Positions 38,904 through 51,948 of a stretch of 64,000 bases of DNA are shown in pieces (positions within the stretch are counted from its first letter, which is position 1; each line of letters begins with the position of its first letter). Where the stretch lies: assembly GCA_963766715.1 (NCBI GenBank), contig CAVYBH010000011.1:32001-96000 (forward strand). Reading direction: 5' to 3'. The DNA comes from an uncultured delta proteobacterium. Its GTDB lineage: Bacteria > Myxococcota > Myxococcia > Myxococcales > Anaeromyxobacteraceae. The translations under genes and the position numbers were made by a program. Below the pieces are notes generated by a model that searched no databases, was not told the origin of the DNA, and saw nothing but the letters and a program-made list of their open reading frames with translations.

Positions 38904-39646
38904 TGGACGAGAAGGCGCTGCGGCAGCTGCTGGCCCGCCTCCGGCGGGGCGACGCCGGCGTCGACGAGGTGGTGGGCGCGCTCAAGGGCGCGCCCTTCGA
39001 GGACCTGGGCGGCTTCGCCACCCTCGACCACCACCGGACGCTGCGCGTGGGGATGCCCGAGGTGGTGCTCGCCGAGCGCAAGACCGCGGCGCAGGTCGCG
39101 GCCATCGCCCGCAAGCTCGCGGCGCGGGGCCCGCTCCTCGTCACCCGGCTCGACCCCGACAAGGCCGGACCGGCGCGCCGCGCCGTCCGCGGGTCCCGCT
39201 ACGACCCGGTCTCCCGCACGCTGTCCCGGGGGCGCATGGACCTGCCGGTGCGCGGACCGGTGGCGGTCTGCTGCGCCGGCACGAGCGACATCCCGGTGTG
39301 CGAGGAGGCGGTCGTCACGCTCGACGTGATGGGCGTCGACGCCATCCGGGTCTACGACGTCGGCGTGGCCGGCCTGCACCGGCTGCTCGCCCGCCGCGGC
39401 GACCTGGACCGGGCGGTGGCGGTGATCGTGGCGGCCGGCATGGAGGGGGCGCTCCCCAGCGTGGTGGGCGGCCTGGTGGGCAAGCCGGTGGTGGGGCTCC
39501 CGACCTCGGTCGGGTACGGGGCCAGCCTGGGCGGCCTGGCGCCGCTCTTCACCATGCTCAACTCCTGCGCGCCGAACGTGTCGGTCGTGAACGTCGACAA
39601 CGGCTTCGGCGCCGGGTTCGTGGCCGGGCTCATCGCCCGGCAGTGA
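38903..39646 (+). CDS. larB: Nickel pincer cofactor biosynthesis protein LarB (PurE-like carboxylase)
   Basis: [68 protein letters not shown]. Confidence 0.93.
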   Translation: MDEKALRQLLARLRRGDAGVDEVVGALKGAPFEDLGGFATLDHHRTLRVGMPEVVLAERKTAAQVAAIARKLAARGPLLVTRLDPDKAGPARRAVRGSRYDPVSRTLSRGRMDLPVRGPVAVCCAGTSDIPVCEEAVVTLDVMGVDAIRVYDVGVAGLHRLLARRGDLDRAVAVIVAAGMEGALPSVVGGLVGKPVVGLPTSVGYGASLGGLAPLFTMLNSCAPNVSVVNVDNGFGAGFVAGLIARQ

Positions 39647-39657
39647 AGGCGGAGGGG

Positions 39658-40830
39658 ATGGCGAAGATCCTGCTGCTCGAGCCGGTCGGCGGAATCGCCG
39701 GGGACATGTTCCTCGCGGCGGCCCTCGACCTGGGCGTGGACCGGGCCGCGCTCGACGGCGCGCTCGCCACGCTCGGCGTCCCGGGCTTCCGGCTGCTCGC
39801 CACCCGGGCCGAGTCGGGCGGGGTGCGGGGAACGCACGTCGACGTGCTGGTGCCGGAGGGAGAGACCCGGGCGCGCCACCTCCCGGAGATCCTCGCCCTC
39901 GTCGACGGGAGCGGCCTGTCCCCGCGGTCGCGCGCCGCCGCCCGTGCGGTCTTCGAGCGGATCGGCCGCGCCGAGGCCCGGGTCCACGGCGTCCCCGTCG
40001 AGGAGGTCCACTTCCACGAGGTGGGCGCGCTCGACTCGATCGTCGACGTCTGCGGCGCCGCGGCGGCGATGGAGCTCCTGGGCTGGCCCCGGGTGCTCTG
40101 CGCGCCGCCCGAGCTGGGCCAGGGCTTCGTCTCCACCGCCCACGGGCGCCTGCCCGTGCCGCCGCCGGCGGTGCTCGAGATCCTGAAGGGGATCCCGGTG
40201 CGGCCGGGCGGTCCGCCCGGGGAGGCGGTGACCCCGACCGGCGCCGCGCTCCTCGCCGAGCTGGCGCAGGTGGCCGATCCGGCCACGTTCCCGGCGTTCG
40301 CGCCGGAGCGGATCGGCTACGGCGTGGGAACCGCGCGCTGGCCCGACCGGCCCAACGTGCTGCGCATGACGCTCGGGCGGGAGCTGGCCGGCGGCGCGCT
40401 CTACGTGCTCGAGGCGAACCTCGACGACTGTCCGGGCCAGCTCGTCGCCCGGGCCATCGAGGCCGCGCTGGCCGCCGGGGCGCTCGACGCCTGGGCCGCC
40501 CCGCTCACCATGAAGAAGGGGCGCCCCGGGCTGCTCCTCGGCGCGCTGGCGACCGCCGACCGGCGCGACGCGGTGGCGAGGGTCCTGCTCGACGAGACCA
40601 CCACGCTCGGCGTCCGCTTCCACGCCGTCGACCGCATCGAGCTCGACCGCGAGCTCGTCCCGGTCGCGACGCCCTACGGCGAGGTGCGCGTGAAGGTGGC
40701 GCGCCGCGGCGAGGCCACGGTGGGGGCGCACCCGGAGTACGAGGACTGCCTGGCCCGGGCGCGCGAGCACGGCGTCCCGGTCAAGGAAGTGCTGGCGGCT
40801 GCCGCGGCCGCCTTCCGAGGGGGCCGGTGA
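39658..40830 (+). CDS. larC: Nickel insertase LarC
   Basis: [18 protein letters not shown]...[50 protein letters not shown]. Confidence 0.93.
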   Translation: MAKILLLEPVGGIAGDMFLAAALDLGVDRAALDGALATLGVPGFRLLATRAESGGVRGTHVDVLVPEGETRARHLPEILALVDGSGLSPRSRAAARAVFERIGRAEARVHGVPVEEVHFHEVGALDSIVDVCGAAAAMELLGWPRVLCAPPELGQGFVSTAHGRLPVPPPAVLEILKGIPVRPGGPPGEAVTPTGAALLAELAQVADPATFPAFAPERIGYGVGTARWPDRPNVLRMTLGRELAGGALYVLEANLDDCPGQLVARAIEAALAAGALDAWAAPLTMKKGRPGLLLGALATADRRDAVARVLLDETTTLGVRFHAVDRIELDRELVPVATPYGEVRVKVARRGEATVGAHPEYEDCLARAREHGVPVKEVLAAAAAAFRGGR

Positions 40831-42652
40831 CGGAGCCGGTCGCCGCCGCGCTCGAGGGCTCGCCGCTGCCGGCGGCGGTGGTCGAGCGGGGTCTGGTCGC
40901 CTGGGCCAATCCGGCCTTCGGCCGCGCGGTGGGCCTGGACGCGGCGCGCTGCGCGGGCCGGGAGCTGGCCGGGCTCCTGCCGCCCGGCATGGACGTCCGG
41001 GGGCGCCGGGACGGCGACGGCCCGTGGCTCGCGATCCTCGAGGAGGCGGCGCCGGTCGCGGGGCCCGGCACGACCCGGGCGCTGCTCGACCTCTCCCGGG
41101 AGCTGGCCCAGGCGCACGCCCGCGAGGACGTGGCCGCGGCGCTCGCCCGCGCCCTCTCGTCGCTCTTCCCGGGGCGGTCCCACTGCATCCGGCTCGTCGA
41201 TCCGAAGACGCTGGCCCCGGTGGCCATGCTCGGCAGCGCTCCGGCCGCCCCTCCACGGCCCTCCGCCCATCGCCCTGCGCCGCGCGGCGGTGCGCCACGC
41301 CGGCCTCTCGGAGGCGGCGCTCGAGTCGGGCGGCCTCCGGCTGGTCGACGTCGACGTCCCGGTCTGCGAGAGGTGCGTCCGGGCGGTCGCCGTCCCGCTC
41401 GCCGTGGGGAGCCAGCTCTTCGGCGTGGTGAGCCTCGAGTACCCCCCCGGCGCGCCGGGCGATCCCTCCGTCGACGAGCCGCTGCTGCTCCAGGTCGCGA
41501 ACCCCGCCGCCCTCGGCGTCCGGAACCTCCGCTCGGTCGAGGAGCTCACCTTCCTCAAGACCTATCTCGAGGAGCTGCTCGAGAACGCCAACGCCCTCAT
41601 CGTGGTCACCAACCGCCAGCACCAGGTGCTGGTGTTCAACCGGGCCATCGCCCGGCTCACCGGCTTCACCGCCGACGGCGCCCTCGGCGCCGACCTGCTC
41701 TCCCTGCTCCCGGCCGCGGAGCGGGAGCGGACGCGGGCGGTGCTGGAGCGCAGCATCGCCGGAGAGGCGGTCACCGGCTTCGAGACCCGGCTCACGCTGC
41801 AGGCCGGCGGCGAGGCACTGGTGGCCTTCCACACCGCGCCCATCGTGGGGCACGGCGGCGACGTCGAGGGCGTCATCGCCATCGGCCAGGACCTCACCGC
41901 GCTCCGCGCCATGGAGCGGCGCGCCGAGCACTTCCAGCGGCTGGCCGCCTTCGGCCGGCTGGCGGCCGGCATCGTCCACGAGCTCAACAACCCGCTGGTG
42001 GCCGTGGTCACCTACTCCGACCACCTGCTGGAGCGGCGCCGGGGCACCGGCCTCGACCCGGGCGACGCCGAGAAGCTGCGCCGGATCCGGGACGCCGGGG
42101 AGCGGATCCAGAAGCTGGCGCGCGACCTGATCACCTACGCTCGCCCGTCGGACGACCGGCCCGAGTCGCTCGACCTGGGGTCGCTCCTCGACCAGGTGGC
42201 CCGCATGTGCGACCCGGCGCTGCGCGACGCGAAGGCCCGGGTGCGCCTCGAGCTCGAGCCCGCGCCCCGGATCCTGGGCGGTCGGGCCGGGCTGCTCCAG
42301 GTCTTCGTGAACCTGGTCACCAACGCGGCGCACGCGCTGCCGCCCGGAGGGCGGGACGGTCACCCTCGGTCTCAGCGCACGCGGCGACGAGGTGGTGGCG
42401 CGCATCTCCGACGACGGGCGCGGCATGCCGCCCGACGTGCGGGCCCGGATCTTCGAGCCCTTCTTCAGCACCAAGGAGGGTGGGCGAGGGGTGGGGCTGG
42501 GGCTCTCCATCGTCCAGGGAATCGTGGCGCGCCACGGCGGCACCATCGAGGTGGACAGCGAGCCCGGCAAGGGCACGACCTTCACCGTGACGCTGCCGGT
42601 GCGGGGCCCCGACGCCTGGCCCGATCAGCGGACGAGCGACAGCACGCCGTAG
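40827..42652 (+). CDS. Cytoplasmic PAS/GAF/PAS sensor histidine kinase (apparent frameshifts near 41240-41290 and 42350)
   Basis: GAF-like ([15 protein letters not shown]), PAS ([22 protein letters not shown]), H-box [39 protein letters not shown]. Confidence 0.85.
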
Positions 42653-44305
42653 CCCTCGAACTCGGGCAGCACCGCGGCGACCTCGCCTGCCGAGGGGACG
42701 AGCGCCAGCTTCTCGTCCTGCCCGTCGGGGCCGCGGAAGCGGGCCCGCCGCGCCGACCCGGCCACGTCCGTCGAGAGCACCACCGTGGCCCCGCGCACCG
42801 TCCCGGCCGACAGGGACGACACGTGGACGTCGAGCCGCCCGGTGGGGCGCCAGGCGGAGACCGAGAGCGCGGACGGGGAGTAGACCTGGACGGCGCGCCT
42901 GCCCGGGCCCGAGCAGGGCGGCGAGCCCCCGCTCCAGCGGCTCCGCCGAGGGCGCGCCCGCGAGCGGGCCCGCCGACGGAGGCGGGACGAGGGGAGGCAG
43001 GGCCACGAGCGCCCCCTCGCCGGCCTTCGTCGCCCTGGCCTTGCCGACCTTGGCCTCGGGCAGGAAGGGCGGCAGGAGCCGGCCGCCCGGGCCGGCCGCC
43101 CGCGCCTCGCCGAGGACGAGCACGCGACCGCCCGCCTCGAGGAAGCGGGTCACGGCGGTGGCCTCGACCGGGGTGATGCCGGTGGCCTGGGGGAGGACGA
43201 GCACCGCCCCGGGAGGAAGGGGGCTCCCGCCGGTGGCCACGTCCCACTGGACGTGAAGGCGGCCGAGGGCCTCGCCGACCTCCTCGACCTCCAGCCGGTG
43301 GAGCCCGGAGGACCAGAGGTCGGCCTCCGGCGAGTAGAAGACCAGGCACTCGGCCACGGCGCTCTCGAAGGGGCGGCCGTCCCGCCGCCGGGCGTGCTCG
43401 GCGAGCAGCTTTCGCGTGGGGGCCACGGCGGCGGCCCGCTCGCCCTCCTCGAGACCCACCGCCACGCCCGAGGCGGCCAGCGCCGCGGCGTACCGGGCCG
43501 CCTGCGCGGCCGTCGCGTCGGCGGGGAGCTGTGCGGCGACCGGGCGGCGGCCGATGGCGGCTCGCCACAGCCGGGCCTCCGCGACGCCGGTGTGATGCGG
43601 CAGGGGGCTGAGCGGAAGGACGGCCGCGTCCAGGAACCGGGCGGCCTGGAACTGGGCCGGCCCGACCTGCTCGAAGCGGCCGGCGATGGAGAAGGCGCGC
43701 CCGGCGTCGCGGGCGGCGTCGCGCAGGGGCAGGGCGTAGGCCGCGACCGCGGCGGGGAGCGAGTCGAGCCGGAAGCGCCAGAAGTCCCGGCCGAAGTGGA
43801 GCTTGCGGAAGCTCACCGCGCCCGAGGCGGAGGCCAGCTCGTCGGCGGCGATGCGGCGGTAGTCGAAGGGCTCGAGCTGATCGCCGTACTCCCGCCGGAG
43901 CTCGGACTGGAAGGCCGCCTGGCAGGCGTCGGAGAACCCGGCCCCGAAGAGCCCCAGCCCGAGGACCAGGTCGGGGCGGTCGAGCAGCACGCCGGCGTAT
44001 CCGGCCTCCAGCAGGGAGCGGCAGGTGGCGACGACCCGGGCCCGGTGGGGGGCGCTGTTCAGGCAGGCCCGCTCGTGCCCCACCGTCCCGGAGACCCGGC
44101 CGTCGGCCCCCCGGCAGGCCTCCTGCTGATCGGCCGCCCGGCCGGCGGCGACCCGCGCGAGCGCGGCCGGGGCGAGCCGCGCCGAGCTGGGCTCGGCCGG
44201 GTCGACCACCAGGGGAGCGCCCTGGGTCCGGGCGGCGAGCGCCTCGGCCTCCGGAATGGGGTCCCCCGGGCGGATCCGGAAGGGGGCAAAGGGGAGTGAA
44301 AGCAC
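42625..44305 (-). CDS. Hypothetical protein resembling a glycoside-hydrolase TIM barrel plus a GATase-like trimerisation domain (apparent frameshift near 42900; start uncertain)
   Basis: ACLNS..HR...[13 protein letters not shown]...[16 protein letters not shown]-terminal VLVLP...[13 protein letters not shown]. Confidence 0.5.
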
Positions 44306-44352
44306 GGACCGGGGACCGTACACCGCGCCCGGAGCGGTGGGCAACCGGCGCC

Positions 44353-44381
44353 TTGCGGGGCCGGGGCCGGTTCAGTAGTAT
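44353..44381 (+). promoter_or_regulatory. Sigma70-type promoter for the membrane pyrophosphatase gene
   Basis: TTGCGG-17 nt-TAGTAT, ~100 nt upstream of the ATG. Confidence 0.55.
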
Positions 44382-44481
44382 CCCGCGCCTCCCGACGGGT
44401 TTCGGGGCCTTTCCGCGTCGCGCAAGCGCGCGCCGCACCCTGCTCGCACGCTTCGCAAACCAGAGAAATCGAGTTCCCGAC

Positions 44482-46946
<2,465 letters not shown>

Positions 46947-46950
<4 letters not shown>

Positions 46951-47657
46951 GCGAGCGCGCCGGGAACCCCGCCGAGAGCCTCCGTGCCCTCCTCGGCGGG
47001 GCCCAGGGCGCGCTGAAGATCTTCCCGCTCCCGGAGGTGGTCGTCTTCCCGGGGGCGCCCGCGCCCTTCCACGTCTTCGAGCCCCGCTACCGGGCCATGG
47101 CCGCCGACGCCCTCCACGGCGACCGGCTGCTGGCCGTGGCCACGCTCCGCTCCCCGGAGCAGGGCTCACCTGGAGCGGGCTCCGGTCTTCCCCGTCGCCG
47201 GGGCCGGCTTCATCGAGGCCGACGAGGCGCTCGCCGACGGCCGCTTCAACATCCTGCTCCGGGGCGTGGCCCGGGTGCGGCTGCTCGAGGAGCTCACCGG
47301 GACCGGCAAGCCCTACCGGGAGTTCCGGGTCGAGATCCTCGACGACGTGTATCCGCCGGGGGGCCCGCCGCCCTGGCCGGCGAGGTCACCACGCTGGAGC
47401 GCTTCGTGCTCGAGCTGGCCCGGCGCTCGCCCGAGGACAGCGGCACGCGCGACCTGGCCGAGGCCGTGGCCCGGATGCGGGTTCCGGGGCGGGTCTGCGA
47501 CGCGGTGGCGGCGGCGCTGGTCTCCGACACGGCGTCGAGGATCGCGCTCCTCGAGGAGCCGGACGTGTCCCGGCGGCTCGCCCGCCTGGTGCAGGAGATG
47601 GCCTCGCTGCTCGTCCAGCTGCCCGCGCCGGACGGCATGCCGGTGCCCAGCGCCTGA
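46947..47657 (+). CDS. Stand-alone LON peptidase N-terminal (substrate-binding) domain protein (apparent frameshifts near 47165 and 47365)
   Basis: KIFPLPEVVVFPG..PFHVFEPRYRAM..DAL, DGRFNILLRGVARVR; no AAA+ or protease domain. Confidence 0.85.
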
Positions 47658-47674
47658 CCCGCGGCCGGGCCGCC

Positions 47675-48985
47675 TCACTCCCGGCCGGCGCGTCCGATGC
47701 CGTGGTAGGTGAAGCCGAGCGCGCGGACCTTCCTCGGGTCCCAGACGTTCCGCCCGTCGAAGAGCACCGGCTGCTTCATGGTGCGCTTCAGGAGCTCGAA
47801 GTCGGGCTGGCGGAACTCGTTCCACTCGGTGACCAGGAAGAGCGCGTCGGCGCCGGCGGCGGCGGCGTACGGGTCGGGGGCGAAGTCCACGCGGCCCCCG
47901 AAGATCCGGGCCGCCACCTCGGTCGCCACCGGGTCGTGGGCGCGGACCCTGCGCGCCGTTGCCGATGAGCCCCTCGATGACGGTGATGGCGGGCGCCTCG
48001 CGCATGTCGTCGGTCTTGGGCTTGAAGGCGAGGCCCCAGACGCCGACGGTGAGCCCCTGCAGCGAGCCGAAGTGCTTGAGGGCCTTCTCGACGAGCGTCC
48101 GCTTCTGCCGCTCGTTCACCCGCTCCACCGAGCGGAGCAGGTCGAAGTCGAGCCCCACGCCGCGGGCCATGGTCATGAGGGCGCGGACGTCCTTGGGGAA
48201 GCAGGAGCCGCCGAAGCCGGCGCCGGGGAAGAGGAACGGGTAGCCGATGCGCTTGTCCGAGCCCATGCCGCGGCGGACGTGGTCCACGTCGGCGCCCAGC
48301 CGCTCGCAGAGGCCGGCGATGTCGTTCATGAAGGAGATGCGGGTGGCGAGCATCGAGTTGGCGGCGTACTTGGTCAGCTCGGCGGAGCGCGGGTCCATGA
48401 AGAGGATGGGCTGCTCGGTGCGGACGAAGGGGGCGTAGAGCTCGGCCATCACGCGCGCGGGCCCGCTCGGACGAGACGCCGATCACGATGCGGTCGGGGC
48501 GCATGAAGTCGTCGATGGCCGCCCCCTCCTTGAGGAACTCGGGGTTGGAGACGACGTCGAAGGGCGCCTTCGCGACCTTGCCGACCGACCTCGGCGACCT
48601 TGTCGGCGCTCCCCACCGGGACCGTGCTCTTGTTGACGATGACGGTGTAGCGGCCGATGTGGCGGCCGATCTCCTCGGCGGCCGCCAGCACGTAGGAGAG
48701 GTCGGCCTCGCCGGTCTCGCCCGGCGGGGTGCCCACCGCGATGAAGGCCACGTCGACGTCGCGGACCGCGTCGGCGGTGGAGGTGGTGAAGTCGAGCCGC
48801 CCGTCCGCGACGTTGCGCTTCACCAGCTCCTCGAGGCCCGGCTCGTAGATGGGGATCCCGCCGGCGCGGAGCATGGCGATCTTGCGCGCGTCGGTGTCCA
48901 CGCAGGTGACGCGGTGGCCGGTCTCGGCGAGGCAGGTGCCGGTGACGAGGCCGACGTAGCCGGTGCCGATGACGGCGATCTTCAC
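47675..48985 (-). CDS. ugd: UDP-glucose/GDP-mannose 6-dehydrogenase (three apparent frameshifts)
   Basis: [68 protein letters not shown]. Confidence 0.93.
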
Positions 48986-49031
48986 GATGGGAGCTCCTTC
49001 CTCTCGAGGCGTCCGGCGACGGCGAAATCTA

Positions 49032-49827
49032 TCACCGAACCGGCGGGCGCAAGGCCCGGAGGAGCCGGTACACGGCCAGGATCTGGGCGGTGCGCAGCCG
49101 CTTGCGGAGCCGCAGCCAGCGCCCGTCCGGGGCGTGGCGGAGGAAGACCTGCCAGTCCTCCGCGAACTGGGCCTCGAAGGAGGAGCCGCTCTTCGAGGCG
49201 ACGTGCCAGCGGAAGGCGGCGAGCGTCCGGGTCAGGTAGAGGGGTGGCGCCACCGCGGCGAAGCGCAGCCAGAGGTCGTAGTCGAAGGTGTAGCGCAGCG
49301 ACGGGTCGAGCAGGCCGACCCGCTCCTGGAGCGAGCGGCGCCAGAAGACGGTCATCTGGCTCACGTAGTTCTCGACGAGGAGCCGGTCGATCCGGTGGCG
49401 GCGGGCGCGGAGGTCCTTGTAGGCCGGCGACGGGCGCCGGATGATCCGGTCGTCCTCGTCGACGATGTCGCACCGTCCGTGGAGCCAGAGCGCGGACGGG
49501 GCCGCGCGGAAGGCCTCCACCGCGGCCTGGACGGCCCCGGGCCGGAGCAGGTCGTCCGAGTTCACCCAGCCCACGATCTCGCCCCGGGCGCGGCGGAGCG
49601 CGCGGTTCACCGCGTCGGCCTGCCCGGCGTCGGGCTCGACCACGAGCGAGATCCGGTCGCGGTAGCGCTCCAGGATCTCCGAGCGTCCCGTCGCGTGCTC
49701 CCGCCGTCCTGGACCAGGTACTCGAGGTCGAAGTCCCCCGCTGGGAGAGGACGCTCTCGAGCGTCCTCTCCACGAAGGCGCCCTGGTCGAGCGACGGGGT
49801 GACGATGGAGACGAGCGGACGGCTCAC
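49032..49827 (-). CDS. GT2 glycosyltransferase (frameshifted near 49680-49740)
   Basis: [45 protein letters not shown]. Confidence 0.85.
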
Positions 49828-50243
49828 GGCCTCGGTCCGGGCCCCGGCCTCGGGCGCCGGCGCCGCGCCGCCGCGCGCGTGCGCGCGCGCGCCTCCAGCT
49901 CGGCCCGGAGCGCGGCGCACTCCTGCGCCAGGCGGCGGATGCGCGCCGCGTTCTGCGAGCCGGCCACGGTGTTCACGAGCACGTTCACGGCGAGGTAGAG
50001 GACGGCGGCGCCGAAGAGGGCGTTGGAGGGGAGCTGGAAGCCCACGCAGGCGGGCCGCCCTCGACCAGGATGCCGGGGAAGATCGCCACCAGCGTGGCGA
50101 CCAGGGTCGTCACCACCCAGACCAGGCTGTCCCGGAGCGAGAGGCGCTGGGTGCGCACGAGCCGCAGCACCCAGAGCAGGAAGACCGCCAGGACGGCGAT
50201 GGAGATGAGCCTGGAGCTCGACGGGGATGAGGTCGCTCGTCAC
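49824..50243 (-). CDS. DUF2304-like small membrane protein (frameshifted)
   Basis: WVLRLVRTQRLSLRDSLVW, GFQLPSNALF, IRRLAQECAAL; typical partner of DPM1-like GT2. Confidence 0.7.
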   Translation of the reverse strand: MTSDLIPVELQAHLHRRPGGLPALGAAARAHPAPLAPGQPGLGGDDPGRHAGGDLPRHPGRGRPACVGFQLPSNALFGAAVLYLAVNVLVNTVAGSQNAARIRRLAQECAALRAELEARARTRAAARRRRPRPGPGPRP

Positions 50244-50959
50244 GCGGCGTCCTCCGGGGCCGGGCGGCGGGTGGGGAGGAGCACGAGCGCCAGCGAGACC
50301 TTGACGAGGTAGTAGAAGGAGCGCCAGGCCCGATGGAGCTCTCGCCGTGGAGCCGCTCGGTCATGCGGACCGGGACCTCGCCACGCGGAGGCCGGCCCGG
50401 GCGGCGACCGCGATGGACTCGGGCTCCGGGTAGTCGGGCGGGTAGCTGCGGGCGAAGAGCTCGATGGCGCGGCGGCCGGCGGCGCGGAAGCCGGAGGTGG
50501 GGTCGGTGACCCGCGCGCCGCAGCGGAGCCGGAGCATCCAGGAGAGGTAGCGGATGCCGGCGCGGCGCGACCACGTGGAGCGGAAGGCGCCCGCGACGCG
50601 GGGGCCGGCGAAGCGGGAGCCGACCGCCAGGTCGGCCCGGCCGGAGGCCACCGCCTCGACGAGCGCGGGCAGGAAGGTGGCGTCGTGCTGGCCGTCGCCG
50701 TCGACCTGGACGGCGACGTCGTAGCCGTGGTCCCGGGCCCACCGGTAGCCGGCCTGGACGGCGCCGCCGATGCCCAGGTTCACCGGGAGGGAGAGGACGG
50801 TGACGCCGAGCGCCGCGGGCCACCGCGGCGGTGCCGTCGGTGGAGCCGTCGTCGACCACGCAGACGTCCACGGCCGGGGCGGACGCGGCGGAGCCCGGCC
50901 ACCACGGCGGGCAGGCTCCGCTCCTCGTTGAAGGCGGGGACGATGGCGAGGACGCGCAC
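50240..50959 (-). CDS. DPM1-like GT2 (polyprenol-phosphate glycosyltransferase-like; frameshifted)
   Basis: IVPAFNEE, VVDDGSTDGT, NLGIGGAVQAG, QVDGDGQHD, GSRF, DPTSGFRA, YPPDYPEPE. Confidence 0.85.
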
Positions 50960-51005
50960 GGAACGCCCATTACACCACGGGCCGGGGCCGGCGTCGCGTC
51001 CGCGT

Positions 51006-51939
51006 CTACCGGGGGAGGACGCACCAGCCGCGCGGCCGCCTCGGCGCCGCGCAGGTGGGAGAGCCGGGAGGGGTCGCGGGCCGAGCGCACCACCGCCTCC
51101 ACCGCGGCGCGCTCCGGCGCGGAGAGGGAGGGGCAGAGCGTCCGGGCCGCGCCGGCCACCTCCGGGAAGTGCAGCGGCGAGGAGCGAGAGCGACCCGTGG
51201 AGCGCCCGGGAGAGCCCCAGCGGCGGCGGCCCGAGCGACCACGTACGGGGAATCGAGGGGCGGGTCGAGCCGGAGGAGCTCGCGCAGGTCCACGAAGGTG
51301 ACGAGCGGCGCGTAGAGCCCCTGCTCGGCCTGCTCGGCGACCGTGGCGAGCAGCATGTCCTCGGGCGAGGGGCGCAGGATCACGGGCCGAGCGCGGGCAG
51401 CGGCGTGCCGCGCGCGAAGAGCTCGGGGTCGGGCGGGGCGCCCTGCCAGAGCCCCTCCTGGATGGTGAAGCGGACCCGGTCGTCGCTGAAGGCGGCGCCG
51501 CGGCCGCCGGCGGTCGACTGCCCTCGAGCTGGAAGCCGGCGCCCTTCGCCGCCTCGGCGAAGCGGGCGCCGTCCTCGCCGCGGACGGCGAGCCGGAGGTC
51601 GCCGAGCGGCCGGAAGGCGAGGTGCGGGTAGAGCCAGTCGACCGCGGCGAGCCCGCCCAGCACCACCACCGGGACCTGGCTCGCCTTGAGCGCGCCCCGC
51701 AGGGTCATCACCCGGTAGACGTTGTCGTTCACCACGCCCTGGTAGAGGGCGAGCAGCTTCTCGCGGAACTGGGCGGGGACGCCCGGCGCCGAGCGGCGCG
51801 GGTCTCCAGGTGGTAGCTGGCGATGGGGGCGAGCCCGTTCGCCTCGAGCACCTCGGCGAGCAGGGCCAGGTCCGCCGGCGGGAGCGCGGCGGGCGGGCTC
51901 GAAGGCGGAGAGGGCGCGGATGGCGTCGGAGAGGGGCAC
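51006..51939 (-). CDS. Nucleotidyltransferase-family (NTP_transf_5-like) protein (several frameshifts)
   Basis: EANGLAP, VVVLGGLAAVDWLYPHLAFRPLGDL, PSPEDMLL, FVDLRELL. Confidence 0.6.
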
Positions 51940-51948
51940 CCGGTGATT

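Noticed and set aside
44385..44481. Possible ion-sensing riboswitch in the mPPase leader
   Set aside because: Only a short CCCGA/TCGGG hairpin is visible and I recognise no Rfam consensus. An Infernal/Rfam scan would settle it.
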